DNA of 64,000 nucleotides from Candidatus Multivoradales bacterium (GTDB lineage Bacteria; Acidobacteriota; Thermoanaerobaculia; Multivoradales; J023). The position numbers and the translations under genes are program-made. Within the stretch, counting starts at the first letter, position 1, and the number at the start of each line of letters is the position of its first letter. The notes beneath the pieces were generated by a model, which had not been told where the DNA came from, did not search any database, and saw nothing but the letters and a program-made list of their open reading frames with translations. Positions 23,488 to 32,962 of this stretch are shown one piece after another. The stretch lies in assembly GCA_965248925.1 (NCBI GenBank), contig CBDFLE010000006.1:1568001-1632000 (forward strand), written 5' to 3'.

Positions 23488-23808
23488 ATGAAGAGCCAAC
23501 CGATCCAGACCAAGCGACAGCTGACTCAGCGCCTGCACCACCTGGAAAGCCAGCTGCGGGAGCTGGGCGTAAGACGCCTGGCGCTCTTCGGTTCCTTTAT
23601 ACGCGATCAGCAGAACGCCAGCAGTGACGTGGACCTGCTGGTGGAATTCGAACCCTCAGCCAAGAGCTTCGACAATTTCATGGCCATCGCCGAGTTACTC
23701 GAAAACACCCTCCATCGGCGAGTCGAGCTAGTCACCAGGGAGGCCCTCAGTCCGTACCTTGGCCCCCGGATCCTCAGCGAGAGTCAAGATGTCCTACTCG
23801 CCGCGTGA
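23488..23808 (+). CDS. MNT nucleotidyltransferase antitoxin (MntA-like)
   Basis: LALFGSFIRD...SDVDLLVEF (GSx10DxD), RVELVT. Confidence 0.92.
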   Translation: MKSQPIQTKRQLTQRLHHLESQLRELGVRRLALFGSFIRDQQNASSDVDLLVEFEPSAKSFDNFMAIAELLENTLHRRVELVTREALSPYLGPRILSESQDVLLAA

Positions 23809-24127
23809 CTACCTGCGACACATGCTCGACGAAGCCGACTACCTCTGCGCACACTCCGCAAACCTCAGTCGCGCAGATTTCCTGACCGATGAGACACTGC
23901 GCCGGGCCTTCGTCCGTTGCCTCGAGATCATCGGCGAGGCGGCGAAGAAGATGCCCTCAGAGTTCGTCAAGACCCATCCAGACGTCGAGTGGCGCGCCAT
24001 GGCAGGAACGCGCGACCGATTGATCCACGGCTACTTCGGAGTTGACTATGAGCTGGTCTGGGACGTGGTGTTGAACAAGATTCCCAAACTCCGAGAGAGA
24101 ATCCGGGAGCTGCTGCAAGCCCGCTAG
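23789..24127 (+). CDS. HepT-like (DUF86) HEPN ribonuclease toxin
   Basis: LEIIGEAAK, RDRLIHGY (Rx4HxY), VDYELVW; overlaps the antitoxin. Confidence 0.92.
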   Translation: MSYSPRDYLRHMLDEADYLCAHSANLSRADFLTDETLRRAFVRCLEIIGEAAKKMPSEFVKTHPDVEWRAMAGTRDRLIHGYFGVDYELVWDVVLNKIPKLRERIRELLQAR

Positions 24128-24154
24128 CATCCGCCTCCCGGGAGGTGACTGGCT

Positions 24155-24196
24155 CTTCTTTGGCCGGCACTTCTTTGGCCGGCACTTCTTTGGCCG
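24155..24196. repeat. 15-bp tandem repeat, about 2.8 copies (CTTCTTTGGCCGGCA)
   Basis: Directly visible at the left junction of the clpB copy. Confidence 0.85.
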
Positions 24197-24633
24197 AGAA
24201 CGCCTCCGCCAACAGCTTGCTGCGCGAAGAGGTCACCGCCAACGAGATCGCCGACATCGTCTGCAAATGGACCGGCATTCCGGCCACCCGCCTGGTCGAA
24301 GGCGAGCGCGACAAGCTGCTGCACCTCGACGAATTGCAGCAGATCGTCGAGCTGCTGATCCAAGACCTGCGCGGCCGCCTCGCCGAGCGCCACATCGGCC
24401 TCGAGCTCAGCGTCGCGGCCCGCGAGCACATCGCCCGCGAAGCCTACGACCCGGTCTACGGCGCCCGGCCCCTCAAGCGCTTCCTCCAGCACCAGCTGGA
24501 GACCAAGATCGGCCGCGCCCTGATCGCCGGCGAGATCGGCGAAAGAGGCACCATCGAAGTCGGGCTGGCAGACGGCCAGCTGGCGGTCACCCTGCGCAGC
24601 GCTGAAGTCGAAGCAGAGGCAGTCACCGCTTGA
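24193..24633 (+). pseudogene. clpB: Diverged duplicate of the clpB 3' end with a 624-bp in-frame deletion
   Basis: 24193-24332 matches 22264-22403 and 24325-24633 matches 23020-23328, joined at CTCGACGA. Confidence 0.92.
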
Positions 24634-24697
24634 TAGGCGGTGGAAATGGGAAGCCCTGCTCTGCAGATCTAGAACAAACACTACCTACGAAACGTCT

Positions 24698-25864
24698 TTA
24701 CCCAGCGATGCTCCCCACCGGCGTCGCGACGACGCCGAAGACCAGCACATGGCCCGGTGGCGATTTTATGAAGATCTTGAATACGTCTTCTTGCTTGATG
24801 ATCGACAGACTCAATGTCGGCCGACGACTCTTGCCTGGCGCTGGCGGAATGGCAAAGAGGGGGGCGATGCCTTCTGCCGCCGCTTGCTGCAGGGCTTTCT
24901 GCTCCTGGTCGCTGAAATCGGCGTGGGACTCCAGCTCGATATCGACCCCGTCTACCAACACGACTCTGGTGACCAGCCGCTGCAGGCTGCCCGAGGGCCC
25001 GAAGGTCTGCTCCCAAGTGGGCTTGATGCCGGCCGGCCACACCGGTTCCCCGTGGGTCTGGAATGCCAGATCCAGGGCCGCTGAGCTGTACCAGGCCGGG
25101 TAGAGCTTGTCGCCCACCTGCTGACGGCTTTGCAGGGGCTGGGCAGCGACTCCGGTTTGATGGTCGAAGACCGCGCTGCCGGTGACCCGCTGGGCAGCCA
25201 GCTTGAGCAGCGCGGACTTGGTGTGGCGATGGGTCTGGGCATCGGAGATGCTGGCCAGACTGCCGGCCAGCCAGGCGGGAAAAACGGGCTTCGCGGTGCC
25301 GAGCCGTGGCGTGCTATCGATCGAGAAACGATAGCTCGGCGCCTGGCTCACCGCGGCGCGGGCGTCGGTGATCGACTTGCTGAAAGCGTAGCTGCCGTGG
25401 GCCTCGATGAACCGGGCTTGCGCTACCGGCACCGTGCTGAAGAGGATCCCACTGTAGGCACTGATCGCTCGCTCGGCCCGCGTCGGATCGGCAATCGTGC
25501 TCCTCGCCCAGCCGCTGAATAGCTCGAGCATGCCACCGGCTGGAATCTCGGGGCCGGACTCGAGGAAGCTCACCCAGCGCGGGTAGTCGTCGCCGACCGC
25601 TTGGCGCCACTCTGTGCCAAACTGCGGAATAATCAGATTGACCACCGCACCATAGCAGTCTGAGAAGCGGCTGAAGGTGGGCTCGTAGTAGTGGCCGCCG
25701 GTGTCGGCGGGGATCACGTCGTAGAAGCTCCACAACTCCCGCGAGCTCACCCCCGGCGGTGTCATCGAGCCAGCGATCAAGAAGCTCAGCGGCGACAGGC
25801 CGAAGGCCTTCACCACCGCGTCAAACCAGACTTGCTGCAGATCCTCGCCCGAACTCAGAGCCAT
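24698..25864 (-). CDS. Hypothetical protein, paralog B of 25973-27187
   Basis: ATG after GAGG; shares LWxxYDxIP, SRFSDxY, GGML.LF, PAW.SSAAL, W..TFG.SG.L.R with its neighbour. Confidence 0.85.
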   Translation of the reverse strand: MALSSGEDLQQVWFDAVVKAFGLSPLSFLIAGSMTPPGVSSRELWSFYDVIPADTGGHYYEPTFSRFSDCYGAVVNLIIPQFGTEWRQAVGDDYPRWVSFLESGPEIPAGGMLELFSGWARSTIADPTRAERAISAYSGILFSTVPVAQARFIEAHGSYAFSKSITDARAAVSQAPSYRFSIDSTPRLGTAKPVFPAWLAGSLASISDAQTHRHTKSALLKLAAQRVTGSAVFDHQTGVAAQPLQSRQQVGDKLYPAWYSSAALDLAFQTHGEPVWPAGIKPTWEQTFGPSGSLQRLVTRVVLVDGVDIELESHADFSDQEQKALQQAAAEGIAPLFAIPPAPGKSRRPTLSLSIIKQEDVFKIFIKSPPGHVLVFGVVATPVGSIAG

Positions 25865-25972
25865 CGCCAACCTCGCCAGATAGTCCGGATATTCTACGGA
25901 GAAAAGAGCGCGAGCCCGCAATCGCTGGCAGCGATTCCGGGCTCGCCTTCACATCGGCAAAGACACAGAGAT

Positions 25973-27187
25973 TCAGCTGAAGATGTCTTCGATCGGTAGT
26001 ACGTTGGCGCCGAGCACCAGCGGGCTACCCTTGGGGCTGGTGGCGGTCACCACCATCTTGCCGCTGTCGTCGAAGGTCACGTCGTTGGTGAAGCCACCGG
26101 AGACATCGGCGCGGAAGAAGGGCCACACACCGCCACTGGCCTGGCCGGTGATCTTCTGCCGCTCCTCAGTGCTGAAAGTAGCCGTCGACGACATGGTCAT
26201 GGTCATGCCGTCGCCGACCACCAGATTGGTGGCGAAGCGCTTGAGATTGCCGCTGGCACCGAAGGTCGAGTCCCAAGAGGCCGCGCCGTCGACCGGCCAC
26301 ACATCGTTGCCCTTGTTCTGGAAGGCGAAGTTGAGCGCCGCCGAGCTGAACCAGGCGGGGAAGTCCTTGCTACCGACGAAAGTCTTGGTCTGCAGCGGCG
26401 CGGCGGCGAAGGAGATCACGTTGTCAAACTTCACGTCGATGGTGACCTCGCTGCCGCCGAAGGTCGCATTGACCTGGTCGAAGCTGCTGCTGCCACCACC
26501 CCACAGGAAGCGAAAGGCGCCGCTGATCGAGCCCTTGGCCCAGGTGTGCTGAATGCTGCTGCTGGCGGTGCTGCTGTCGAAGGAATATCCCTGGCTCGGC
26601 CCCTGCTTGACCGCCGAGCGCAGGTCGTCGATGCTCTTGTCGTACGCGTAAACTCCGGCCGCACTGATGAAGCGACCCTGGGCCGTGGGCACCACTCCGT
26701 TGAGAATCTGGCTGTAAAGGGTGATTGCTTTCTGTGCCTTGGCGGGATCCTCGATGTTCAGCTGCGCCCAGTTGGTGAACAAGGTCAGCATGCCGCCGCT
26801 GGGTAGGGGATCGCCACTCTGACGAAAACCGTCGAGGTAAGTCACCCAATCGGGGTAGGTGTCGGCCAGAACCTGCTTCCAGGCCAGCGCACCGGAGGGC
26901 AGAATGGTGTTGATCACGCCGCTGTAGTTGTCCGAGAAACGGCTGATCTGCGAAGGCTCGGCCATCTGGGTGACCGACAGGGGCGGGATCGAATCGTAGA
27001 TCGCCCACAGCGCGGTCGACAGGTTGCCCAGCTGGACATTGCTCTGATAGATCTGGAACGTTTGATCTGAGAGATTCAGACCGGTCACCATGGTGTTGTA
27101 CCACTTCTCGGTGAGGGTCTTCATCGCATCTGCGCCGGAGCTTCCGGCGGTCTTGACTTGAGGTTTGGCGTAAGTTGTCGTGCTCAT
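25973..27187 (-). CDS. Hypothetical protein, paralog A; putative beta-pore-forming protein
   Basis: Strong GC3 codon bias, purine-rich RBS, no signal peptide, two Ser/Gly/aromatic segments; the function is inferred. Confidence 0.85.
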   Translation of the reverse strand: MSTTTYAKPQVKTAGSSGADAMKTLTEKWYNTMVTGLNLSDQTFQIYQSNVQLGNLSTALWAIYDSIPPLSVTQMAEPSQISRFSDNYSGVINTILPSGALAWKQVLADTYPDWVTYLDGFRQSGDPLPSGGMLTLFTNWAQLNIEDPAKAQKAITLYSQILNGVVPTAQGRFISAAGVYAYDKSIDDLRSAVKQGPSQGYSFDSSTASSSIQHTWAKGSISGAFRFLWGGGSSSFDQVNATFGGSEVTIDVKFDNVISFAAAPLQTKTFVGSKDFPAWFSSAALNFAFQNKGNDVWPVDGAASWDSTFGASGNLKRFATNLVVGDGMTMTMSSTATFSTEERQKITGQASGGVWPFFRADVSGGFTNDVTFDDSGKMVVTATSPKGSPLVLGANVLPIEDIFS

Positions 27188-27331
27188 TGATTATCCCTTT
27201 CATTGTGACAGCGACTTGATGAAACACCCACATTTCGATCATGCCGGCCGCCGGTTTCAGTTGCGATCGCGGAGACCGTGACTACGAGCCACCATCTTCC
27301 TTGTGCTGTCGCATTAGGTTCTGCCTGGATA

Positions 27332-27358
27332 CTGCTGCGAGATCGCGGGCTATCTCAG
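27332..27358 (-). promoter_or_regulatory. Candidate ECF promoter CTGAGATAG-N11-GCAGCAG (upstream of the paralog pair)
   Basis: Same boxes and spacing as 29468-29494. Confidence 0.7.
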
Positions 27359-27461
27359 GTCAAGATAAGAATCTTTCGACCGACAACGAGAGAGCCCTCT
27401 GGAGCGCTCTCCAACAAGGACTCTGAGGAGCCGACAGAAGGGCAGGAAAAGGGGAGATCGG

Positions 27462-28217
27462 TCAGCGAGCGATCAGCACGCGGAAGGAGAAATGCGCTAC
27501 AGGAGTAGCATCACCGGCTTCTACCCGGACCACGTAGTCGCCAGCAGAGAGCCATGACGAGTGCAGGCTCAGGACCAGGGAATCGAGATAGTTGGGTTCT
27601 AGACCCTGGCGTTGCCATGCCTGCTGCTCGCCGCGCCACAGGGTGACCTGGTAGCTGTCGTATTCGACCAGTCCAAGCTCCAGGGAAAGCACCAGCCACT
27701 CGGGAGCGGCAGACAAGCGCACGATGTGGCTGGGTTCAAGATCACCCAGGGCAGTGCCGCGCTCGGCGCTGAGTGAGAAGAGGGCAGTGTTGATCTGCGG
27801 CTCGTAGACCCGATCCGGGACCGCCGCGGCCAGCGGCTGGTGCTGGCGAAGGGCGGCCAGAGTCGAGTGCGCGTGGTCGAGCTGGCGACCGAGCTGGCGC
27901 TGGTTGCGAACCAGCAGACCTGCGGGCAGCAGGGCAACCAGGAGAAATGCCATGACCAGCAAACCAGCCCGCGGCGAGCGTAGCAGCCGGCCCAACCAGG
28001 CGAGCCGGCCCAAGTGCTGAGCAGTGGCAATGCGGGTCGCGTCTTCGGCCACCGCCCGCTTGAGTCCGCGCTGTAGCTTCTCGGCAACTTCGAGCTGACC
28101 GAGGCAATCCTGGCAATCCAGGTAGTGCTCTTCGAAGCGCCGAGCCTCCCCGGCCGGCAGCTGGTGCATCAGGTAACGATCGATCAGCTGCTGCTCTTCG
28201 ATGTAGCTATGTTCCAT
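27462..28217 (-). CDS. ZAS (zf-HC2) anti-sigma factor with TM and extracytoplasmic domain
   Basis: FEEHYLDCQDC (HxxxCxxC), one TM, C-terminal beta-rich domain (AGDYVVRVE). Confidence 0.88.
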   Translation of the reverse strand: MEHSYIEEQQLIDRYLMHQLPAGEARRFEEHYLDCQDCLGQLEVAEKLQRGLKRAVAEDATRIATAQHLGRLAWLGRLLRSPRAGLLVMAFLLVALLPAGLLVRNQRQLGRQLDHAHSTLAALRQHQPLAAAVPDRVYEPQINTALFSLSAERGTALGDLEPSHIVRLSAAPEWLVLSLELGLVEYDSYQVTLWRGEQQAWQRQGLEPNYLDSLVLSLHSSWLSAGDYVVRVEAGDATPVAHFSFRVLIAR

Positions 28218-28247
28218 GATTGCACCGCGCTTTGCAAAGACTACTCA

Positions 28248-28856
28248 TCAGCGTCTCTCCCTGACCAGGCGCCGCTGCTTGTCGGCCCGCTCGAGCAATG
28301 ACTTGTAGCGCTGCCGGGCACGAAACAAAACTCTGTTGAAGTGCAGGCTCGACAGCTCGAGGTCGGCACAGATCCGTTCCTTGGCCTCTTCGACAATGTA
28401 GAAGCGGTAGAGCAGCTGGCGATCACGGTCGGGCTCGAGTTGGTCGATCAGCCGCCGCACCAGGGCGGCTTCTTCATCCAGCAAGACTCGGCTGAGCTGG
28501 TTCGGCGCCGGATCGGCCGGTGGCTCGGCCTGCTCGAGGTCGTCGGTCTTGCGCCGGGTCGTCTTGCGGTAGTCAGCGATGAAGAGATTGCGCGCCGTGC
28601 GATTGAGAAACCCTGCCAGACGCTCGGGATCGGCTAAGCCGGCACCGCGCAGGCGTTCGAGCACGATGCGAAAGGCATCTTGATGGAGATCGTCGGCGAG
28701 GTCCGGATTACCGGTCATGCGGCGCAGCATGAATAGCAAGCCGCGGCTGTAGCGCGCCACCATATCGGTTTCCGCCGCCGGCTCGCCAGCAGCGATTCGA
28801 CGTACCAGAAAGGCGGCGGTCTGAGCTTCGCCCTGGGTGGCTGGATCCTCGCGCAT
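28248..28856 (-). CDS. ECF sigma-70 factor
   Basis: LVRRIAAGE, ADDLHQDAF, region 4 DRQLLYRFY...FNRVLFRARQR. Confidence 0.9.
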   Translation of the reverse strand: MREDPATQGEAQTAAFLVRRIAAGEPAAETDMVARYSRGLLFMLRRMTGNPDLADDLHQDAFRIVLERLRGAGLADPERLAGFLNRTARNLFIADYRKTTRRKTDDLEQAEPPADPAPNQLSRVLLDEEAALVRRLIDQLEPDRDRQLLYRFYIVEEAKERICADLELSSLHFNRVLFRARQRYKSLLERADKQRRLVRERR

Positions 28857-28980
28857 CGGTTGAGGAGAGATTCTAGCCGGAATACCGCGGTGCGACAAGG
28901 ATGGCGAAGGAGCGATCGGTCGATGGCCGCGTTCCCCTGACCGACCGCAGTATTCGGTGCTCAACATAGCCCGTTGCTCT

Positions 28981-29409
28981 TCATTCCTCGTTGGCGTCCC
29001 ACTCTCCAGGTTCTTCCAGGGGATGGACTCCGCCCTTCAGTCCCTGAGCGTGGAGACTGCCATCCGACTCCAGTGAGATAGCCCAATAGGTGTCGACCTG
29101 CTTGAAGTGAAACACCAGCTTGCCAGCCACCAGCTCGAGTTCCGCTTGGCGCCAATCCTCAGCGATACGATCTCTGGACCCCCTCGCCTTGATCTTGAAG
29201 TACTTGCGCTCCGGCTCGGTGACCTCGTAGATCAAGAACTGCTGAGTCATGGGCATACCGACCTTGGGCGATGCTCTGGTGACCTTCCACTTCTTGACGA
29301 ACCCTAGTCCTCCCAACATGCTCGCTCCATTCCTCACTAGCGCCCTCTCGCTCCAGCTCGGCTGAGAAATCGGGCGGGTCTCGGTGGATACGCTCAGTCC
29401 ATAAGTCAT
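28981..29409 (-). CDS. Hypothetical protein (142 aa)
   Basis: RBS GAGGA 7 nt before ATG, co-oriented between the CHAT and sigma genes, downstream of the repeated motif. Confidence 0.6.
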   Translation of the reverse strand: MTYGLSVSTETRPISQPSWSERALVRNGASMLGGLGFVKKWKVTRASPKVGMPMTQQFLIYEVTEPERKYFKIKARGSRDRIAEDWRQAELELVAGKLVFHFKQVDTYWAISLESDGSLHAQGLKGGVHPLEEPGEWDANEE

Positions 29410-29467
29410 CGCGATTTCCTCGCAGGTCCGACGAGCTCGTCATTGAACGCCGTCTTTCACTGTCTAC

Positions 29468-29494
29468 CTGCTGCCAATCGCGGTTCTATCTCAG
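29468..29494 (-). promoter_or_regulatory. Candidate ECF promoter CTGAGATAG-N11-GCAGCAG (upstream of the orphan gene)
   Basis: Same boxes and spacing as 27332-27358. Confidence 0.7.
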
Positions 29495-29505
29495 TATTTC
29501 TCCGC

Positions 29506-32500
29506 TCATTGCCATTCTCCTTGCAGCACAAAGGCACCCCAGTAGTAGGGATCGGCCCAGCGCCGCTGACTGAGAATCGAGATCTGGGCCGCCCGCAGCG
29601 CCGCCGCCGGGGTCAGACCGTCGACCGACATGGAGCGGTAGAAGTGGGCCATCAGCTCTGCCGTGGCCCGATCCTCCACCCGCCACAGACTTGCCACCAC
29701 CCGCGGCACGCCGGCATACATGAAGCCGCGGGTGAGGCCGACCAAACCCTCGCCCAGAATCTCCCGTCCAAGAGCGGTTTGGCAGCCGCTTAGAACCACC
29801 AAGTCGGCAGCGAGCTGCAGGTCGTAGATATCGCGCAAACGCAGGAAGCCCTCGCGCGCCTTGCCCTGCTGATCGAACAACGACAGCACCAGGCCCGACA
29901 GCTGCGGTGTCTCGGCGTGGATCAGCCCATGGGTGGCGAAATGGACGATTCTGTAGTGGCGCAGCTCACCGCCGAGCACCAGTTGGCGATTGGCGGCGAA
30001 GTCGAGCGCCATCATCACCTCAGCGGGCGCTCCCAAGGAGGCTATCGCCGTGGCCTCGCGACGGCTAGAAGGCAGGCGATCAAAGGACAGCTGGCGAAGT
30101 CCTGCCGCTCCGGCCGGCGAGCCCGACCGGACCCGAGCGGCGCCCAGTCTGGGATCGCGCGCGTCGAAAACCGGATCGGCCAGCACCGCCGCCCAGCGCG
30201 GAGCCGGCAGGCGGCTAGCCGTGGCGGCCCGCTGGATGCTCAAGGCCGAAGCCGAAGGCAAGTGGACGACTTCATGCTCCAGCACCAGGGGCATTGGCCG
30301 GCCGGCGGATTCGGTCGCACCGCGCCGTGCGGGCGCCGGCAAGGTAGCGAAGGGTAGGTAGTGCAGCACGCCGTCGGCAACCACCACCAAACGGTGTCCC
30401 AACAAACGCTCGGCAACCGGCCCCAGGAGCAGGTCACTGAGCTTTCTGGCAGCCTGCCGTTGCTCGCCACTGGCCCGCGGATCGAAGGTAGCGAGCTGCT
30501 GTACGACCGGGCGAACCACCTGCTCTAACTCCGCGCTGCCGGGCAGCTCGTGGACTTCGAAGCTGCTAGCGGTCAGCACCCATAGAAAGCTCCGCCGGGT
30601 ACCCAAGGTGTATTCCAGCAGCAGCGTATCGTCGGTCAGAAGATCTTGGGTGGCCGCCAGATCGAGGGGTCGCGGGTAGGCCAGCGCTTCGTAGCGCGGA
30701 CTCTGCCGGCGAATCTCCGCCTCGAGAGAGTCGAGATCGGCAACCACTTCGTAGAGCTCCAGCTGGGCCTCTTCTTCTGCCCGTCCCTGACTCAGCAAGG
30801 TCAGCCGGCGACTGGCCTTGGCGTCAAGCCTCCGCTGCAGCAGTTGACGGCGACGGCGCAGGTCGGGATCCAGGGGCCGGCCCAGATTGGTGCCGGCAGC
30901 CGACAGCATGTCGAGCAGACTGCGAGCGCGAGCTTGTTCAGCCACCTGCCGCGCCAGCTGGGCGAATTCGCCTCCCGGCTGAGGCGAGTGCAACTCCATC
31001 AACAGGTCGATTTCGAGCTCGTAAGCCTGCCTTTGCGAGGCGAGAAACGTGGCCCTTAGATCGGCCGCGCTCACCCTTGTGCGCAGGGATTCGACGCGAG
31101 CCAGAGCTTGCTCCACATCGCGCCTCGCTGAGTGCAACTGACCCAGTTGACGCTGGGCTTCGGCGAGCACGGTGAGACTCTCGATTTCACCATAGGGATC
31201 GCTCATCCCCAAGCGCAGGCTGAGTGCTCGGCGGAGGCTGAATTGGGCCTGCCGCGGCTCTCCCAAGGCTAGCTGCGCCGCGCCGCGAGAGTGCAGAGCA
31301 GTGGCTGCTTCGCGGCGGTCCTCGATGCTGGCCAATACCGCCAAGACTTGATCGAACAGACCGAGTGCAGCGCGCGGATCACCCGCCGCCACCAGACTCT
31401 GGCCCATGCGATTCAGCGTGCTCGCTTCGCCGCGCCGATCACCCACCGCCCGGCGCAAAGCCAATGACTGACTGAAGAGCTGCTGCGCGTGGCGATGCTC
31501 GGCCAAACTCGACCGTACCTGGCCGAGCACACTGAGGGTGATCGACTCACCCCGCCGATCGCCCACCTGGCGCCGCAAGGCCAAAGCCTGGCCCAAGAAG
31601 GTCAAGGCCCGGCGCGGCTCACCCAGGCTGAAGTAGGCAAAGCCGATGTTGTGCAGAGCCGACCCTTGACGACCCGTGTCGCCGAGCTCGCGGCGCACTG
31701 CGAGAGCCCCCAGATAGTGATCGAGAGCCGCTTGCATCTCACCGCCCCGGCGATAGACCACGGCGATGTTGTTGAGGCTCTGGGCTTCTCCCTTCCGGTC
31801 CCCGGTCGCTTGCCGCAAGGCCAATGCCCGTTCGTGGTGTTCGAGCGCCAGCTGCGGCTCTCCCAGGTTGTTGTAGGCGCTGCCCAGATTACTGAGCACC
31901 AGAGCCTCGTGCCGAAATTCCCCCTGCTCACGGAGCAGCTGAAGTACCTCCTGATAGCACTCCAAGGCGTCACGCAAGCGGCCTTCCGAGTGAGATCGCA
32001 AGCAGAGATTGTTGAGCGCAATCGCCGCGCCATAGCGGTTGCCCAGGGCCTGCTGCAGGGCCAGCGCCGCCTCGAGTGCGGTCTGCGCCTCGGTACTCTC
32101 GCCCAGCCGCCAATGAGCCAGGCCAAGATCACTCAGGGCGACCGCTTCGGCCTGCCGTTCACCCAGCTGCCGCAGCAAGGGCAGGGCGGCGCGGTAAGCG
32201 GTGATCGCCAACCGCGGCTGGTCCAAGGCGGCCCGCGACGCACCCAAACCAAAGAGCGCTCGCGCTTCGCCCTGCCGATCGGCCAAGGCGCGCCAGGAGC
32301 ACAGTGCTTGTTCGAGTTGCTCGGTCGCTCGCCGCCGATCTTCGACCGTTGCCAGGAAGTTCAGCTGCCCCGCTTCACTCACCGCCGCCAGGGCTAACAA
32401 CCGCTCCGCTCCAGCATCGGTAACCTCGACCAATTGGATGCGATAAGCACCCGGACCGACCGCTGCCGACGCCGACTTGACGGTGATCCGCCAACTGCCG

Positions 32501-32826
32501 GCAGCCCGCGGTGGAAAAAGAATCGACTCCCAGCCATGGCGGTAGGTCGGCGCATTGACCACCAGGGGAGCGTTGTCGGCCAGCTCTGCTTCGAGAATGA
32601 TATCGATACCGCGCTGCTCGAGTTGCACCAAGTATCGATGGCGAGGGTCGAGCTCGGCCTGGTAGCTTTGTACCTCCGCGGCCTCGAGGCGGCGTTCGAT
32701 CACCCGCTCACTCGCGCTGAGATAGCGGGGCACCGTAGGCGGCTCACCGGCGAGCAACAGCGGGCAGGCCAACAACACGGCAAACATCCACCACCGCAGG
32801 AGGCGGCTTGGCTCAAGCAAGGGCAT
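29506..32826 (-). CDS. Exported TPR-CHAT caspase-like protease
   Basis: Signal peptide, about ten TPR-like repeats, IVHFATHG (His), LVVLSGCQTALG (Cys), VVASLWRVED, PYYWGAF. Confidence 0.95.
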   Translation of the reverse strand: MPLLEPSRLLRWWMFAVLLACPLLLAGEPPTVPRYLSASERVIERRLEAAEVQSYQAELDPRHRYLVQLEQRGIDIILEAELADNAPLVVNAPTYRHGWESILFPPRAAGSWRITVKSASAAVGPGAYRIQLVEVTDAGAERLLALAAVSEAGQLNFLATVEDRRRATEQLEQALCSWRALADRQGEARALFGLGASRAALDQPRLAITAYRAALPLLRQLGERQAEAVALSDLGLAHWRLGESTEAQTALEAALALQQALGNRYGAAIALNNLCLRSHSEGRLRDALECYQEVLQLLREQGEFRHEALVLSNLGSAYNNLGEPQLALEHHERALALRQATGDRKGEAQSLNNIAVVYRRGGEMQAALDHYLGALAVRRELGDTGRQGSALHNIGFAYFSLGEPRRALTFLGQALALRRQVGDRRGESITLSVLGQVRSSLAEHRHAQQLFSQSLALRRAVGDRRGEASTLNRMGQSLVAAGDPRAALGLFDQVLAVLASIEDRREAATALHSRGAAQLALGEPRQAQFSLRRALSLRLGMSDPYGEIESLTVLAEAQRQLGQLHSARRDVEQALARVESLRTRVSAADLRATFLASQRQAYELEIDLLMELHSPQPGGEFAQLARQVAEQARARSLLDMLSAAGTNLGRPLDPDLRRRRQLLQRRLDAKASRRLTLLSQGRAEEEAQLELYEVVADLDSLEAEIRRQSPRYEALAYPRPLDLAATQDLLTDDTLLLEYTLGTRRSFLWVLTASSFEVHELPGSAELEQVVRPVVQQLATFDPRASGEQRQAARKLSDLLLGPVAERLLGHRLVVVADGVLHYLPFATLPAPARRGATESAGRPMPLVLEHEVVHLPSASALSIQRAATASRLPAPRWAAVLADPVFDARDPRLGAARVRSGSPAGAAGLRQLSFDRLPSSRREATAIASLGAPAEVMMALDFAANRQLVLGGELRHYRIVHFATHGLIHAETPQLSGLVLSLFDQQGKAREGFLRLRDIYDLQLAADLVVLSGCQTALGREILGEGLVGLTRGFMYAGVPRVVASLWRVEDRATAELMAHFYRSMSVDGLTPAAALRAAQISILSQRRWADPYYWGAFVLQGEWQ

Positions 32827-32962
32827 GTCTCATCCTAACTCGCCGGGCGGCGGCAGCGCCGCGATCGGGGTGGACCTTGACCCATCGCCGCCAGTGCCAT
32901 AGAACTTTGGGCCAATTTGCTCGACTCCTTTTCCCAACGAATTTCTTATTAGGAGACCATCC

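Noticed and set aside
29506-32826. TPR-CHAT plus sigma as a type III-E CRISPR (Csx29) locus
   Set aside because: No cas genes or array in the window, and this CHAT has a signal peptide
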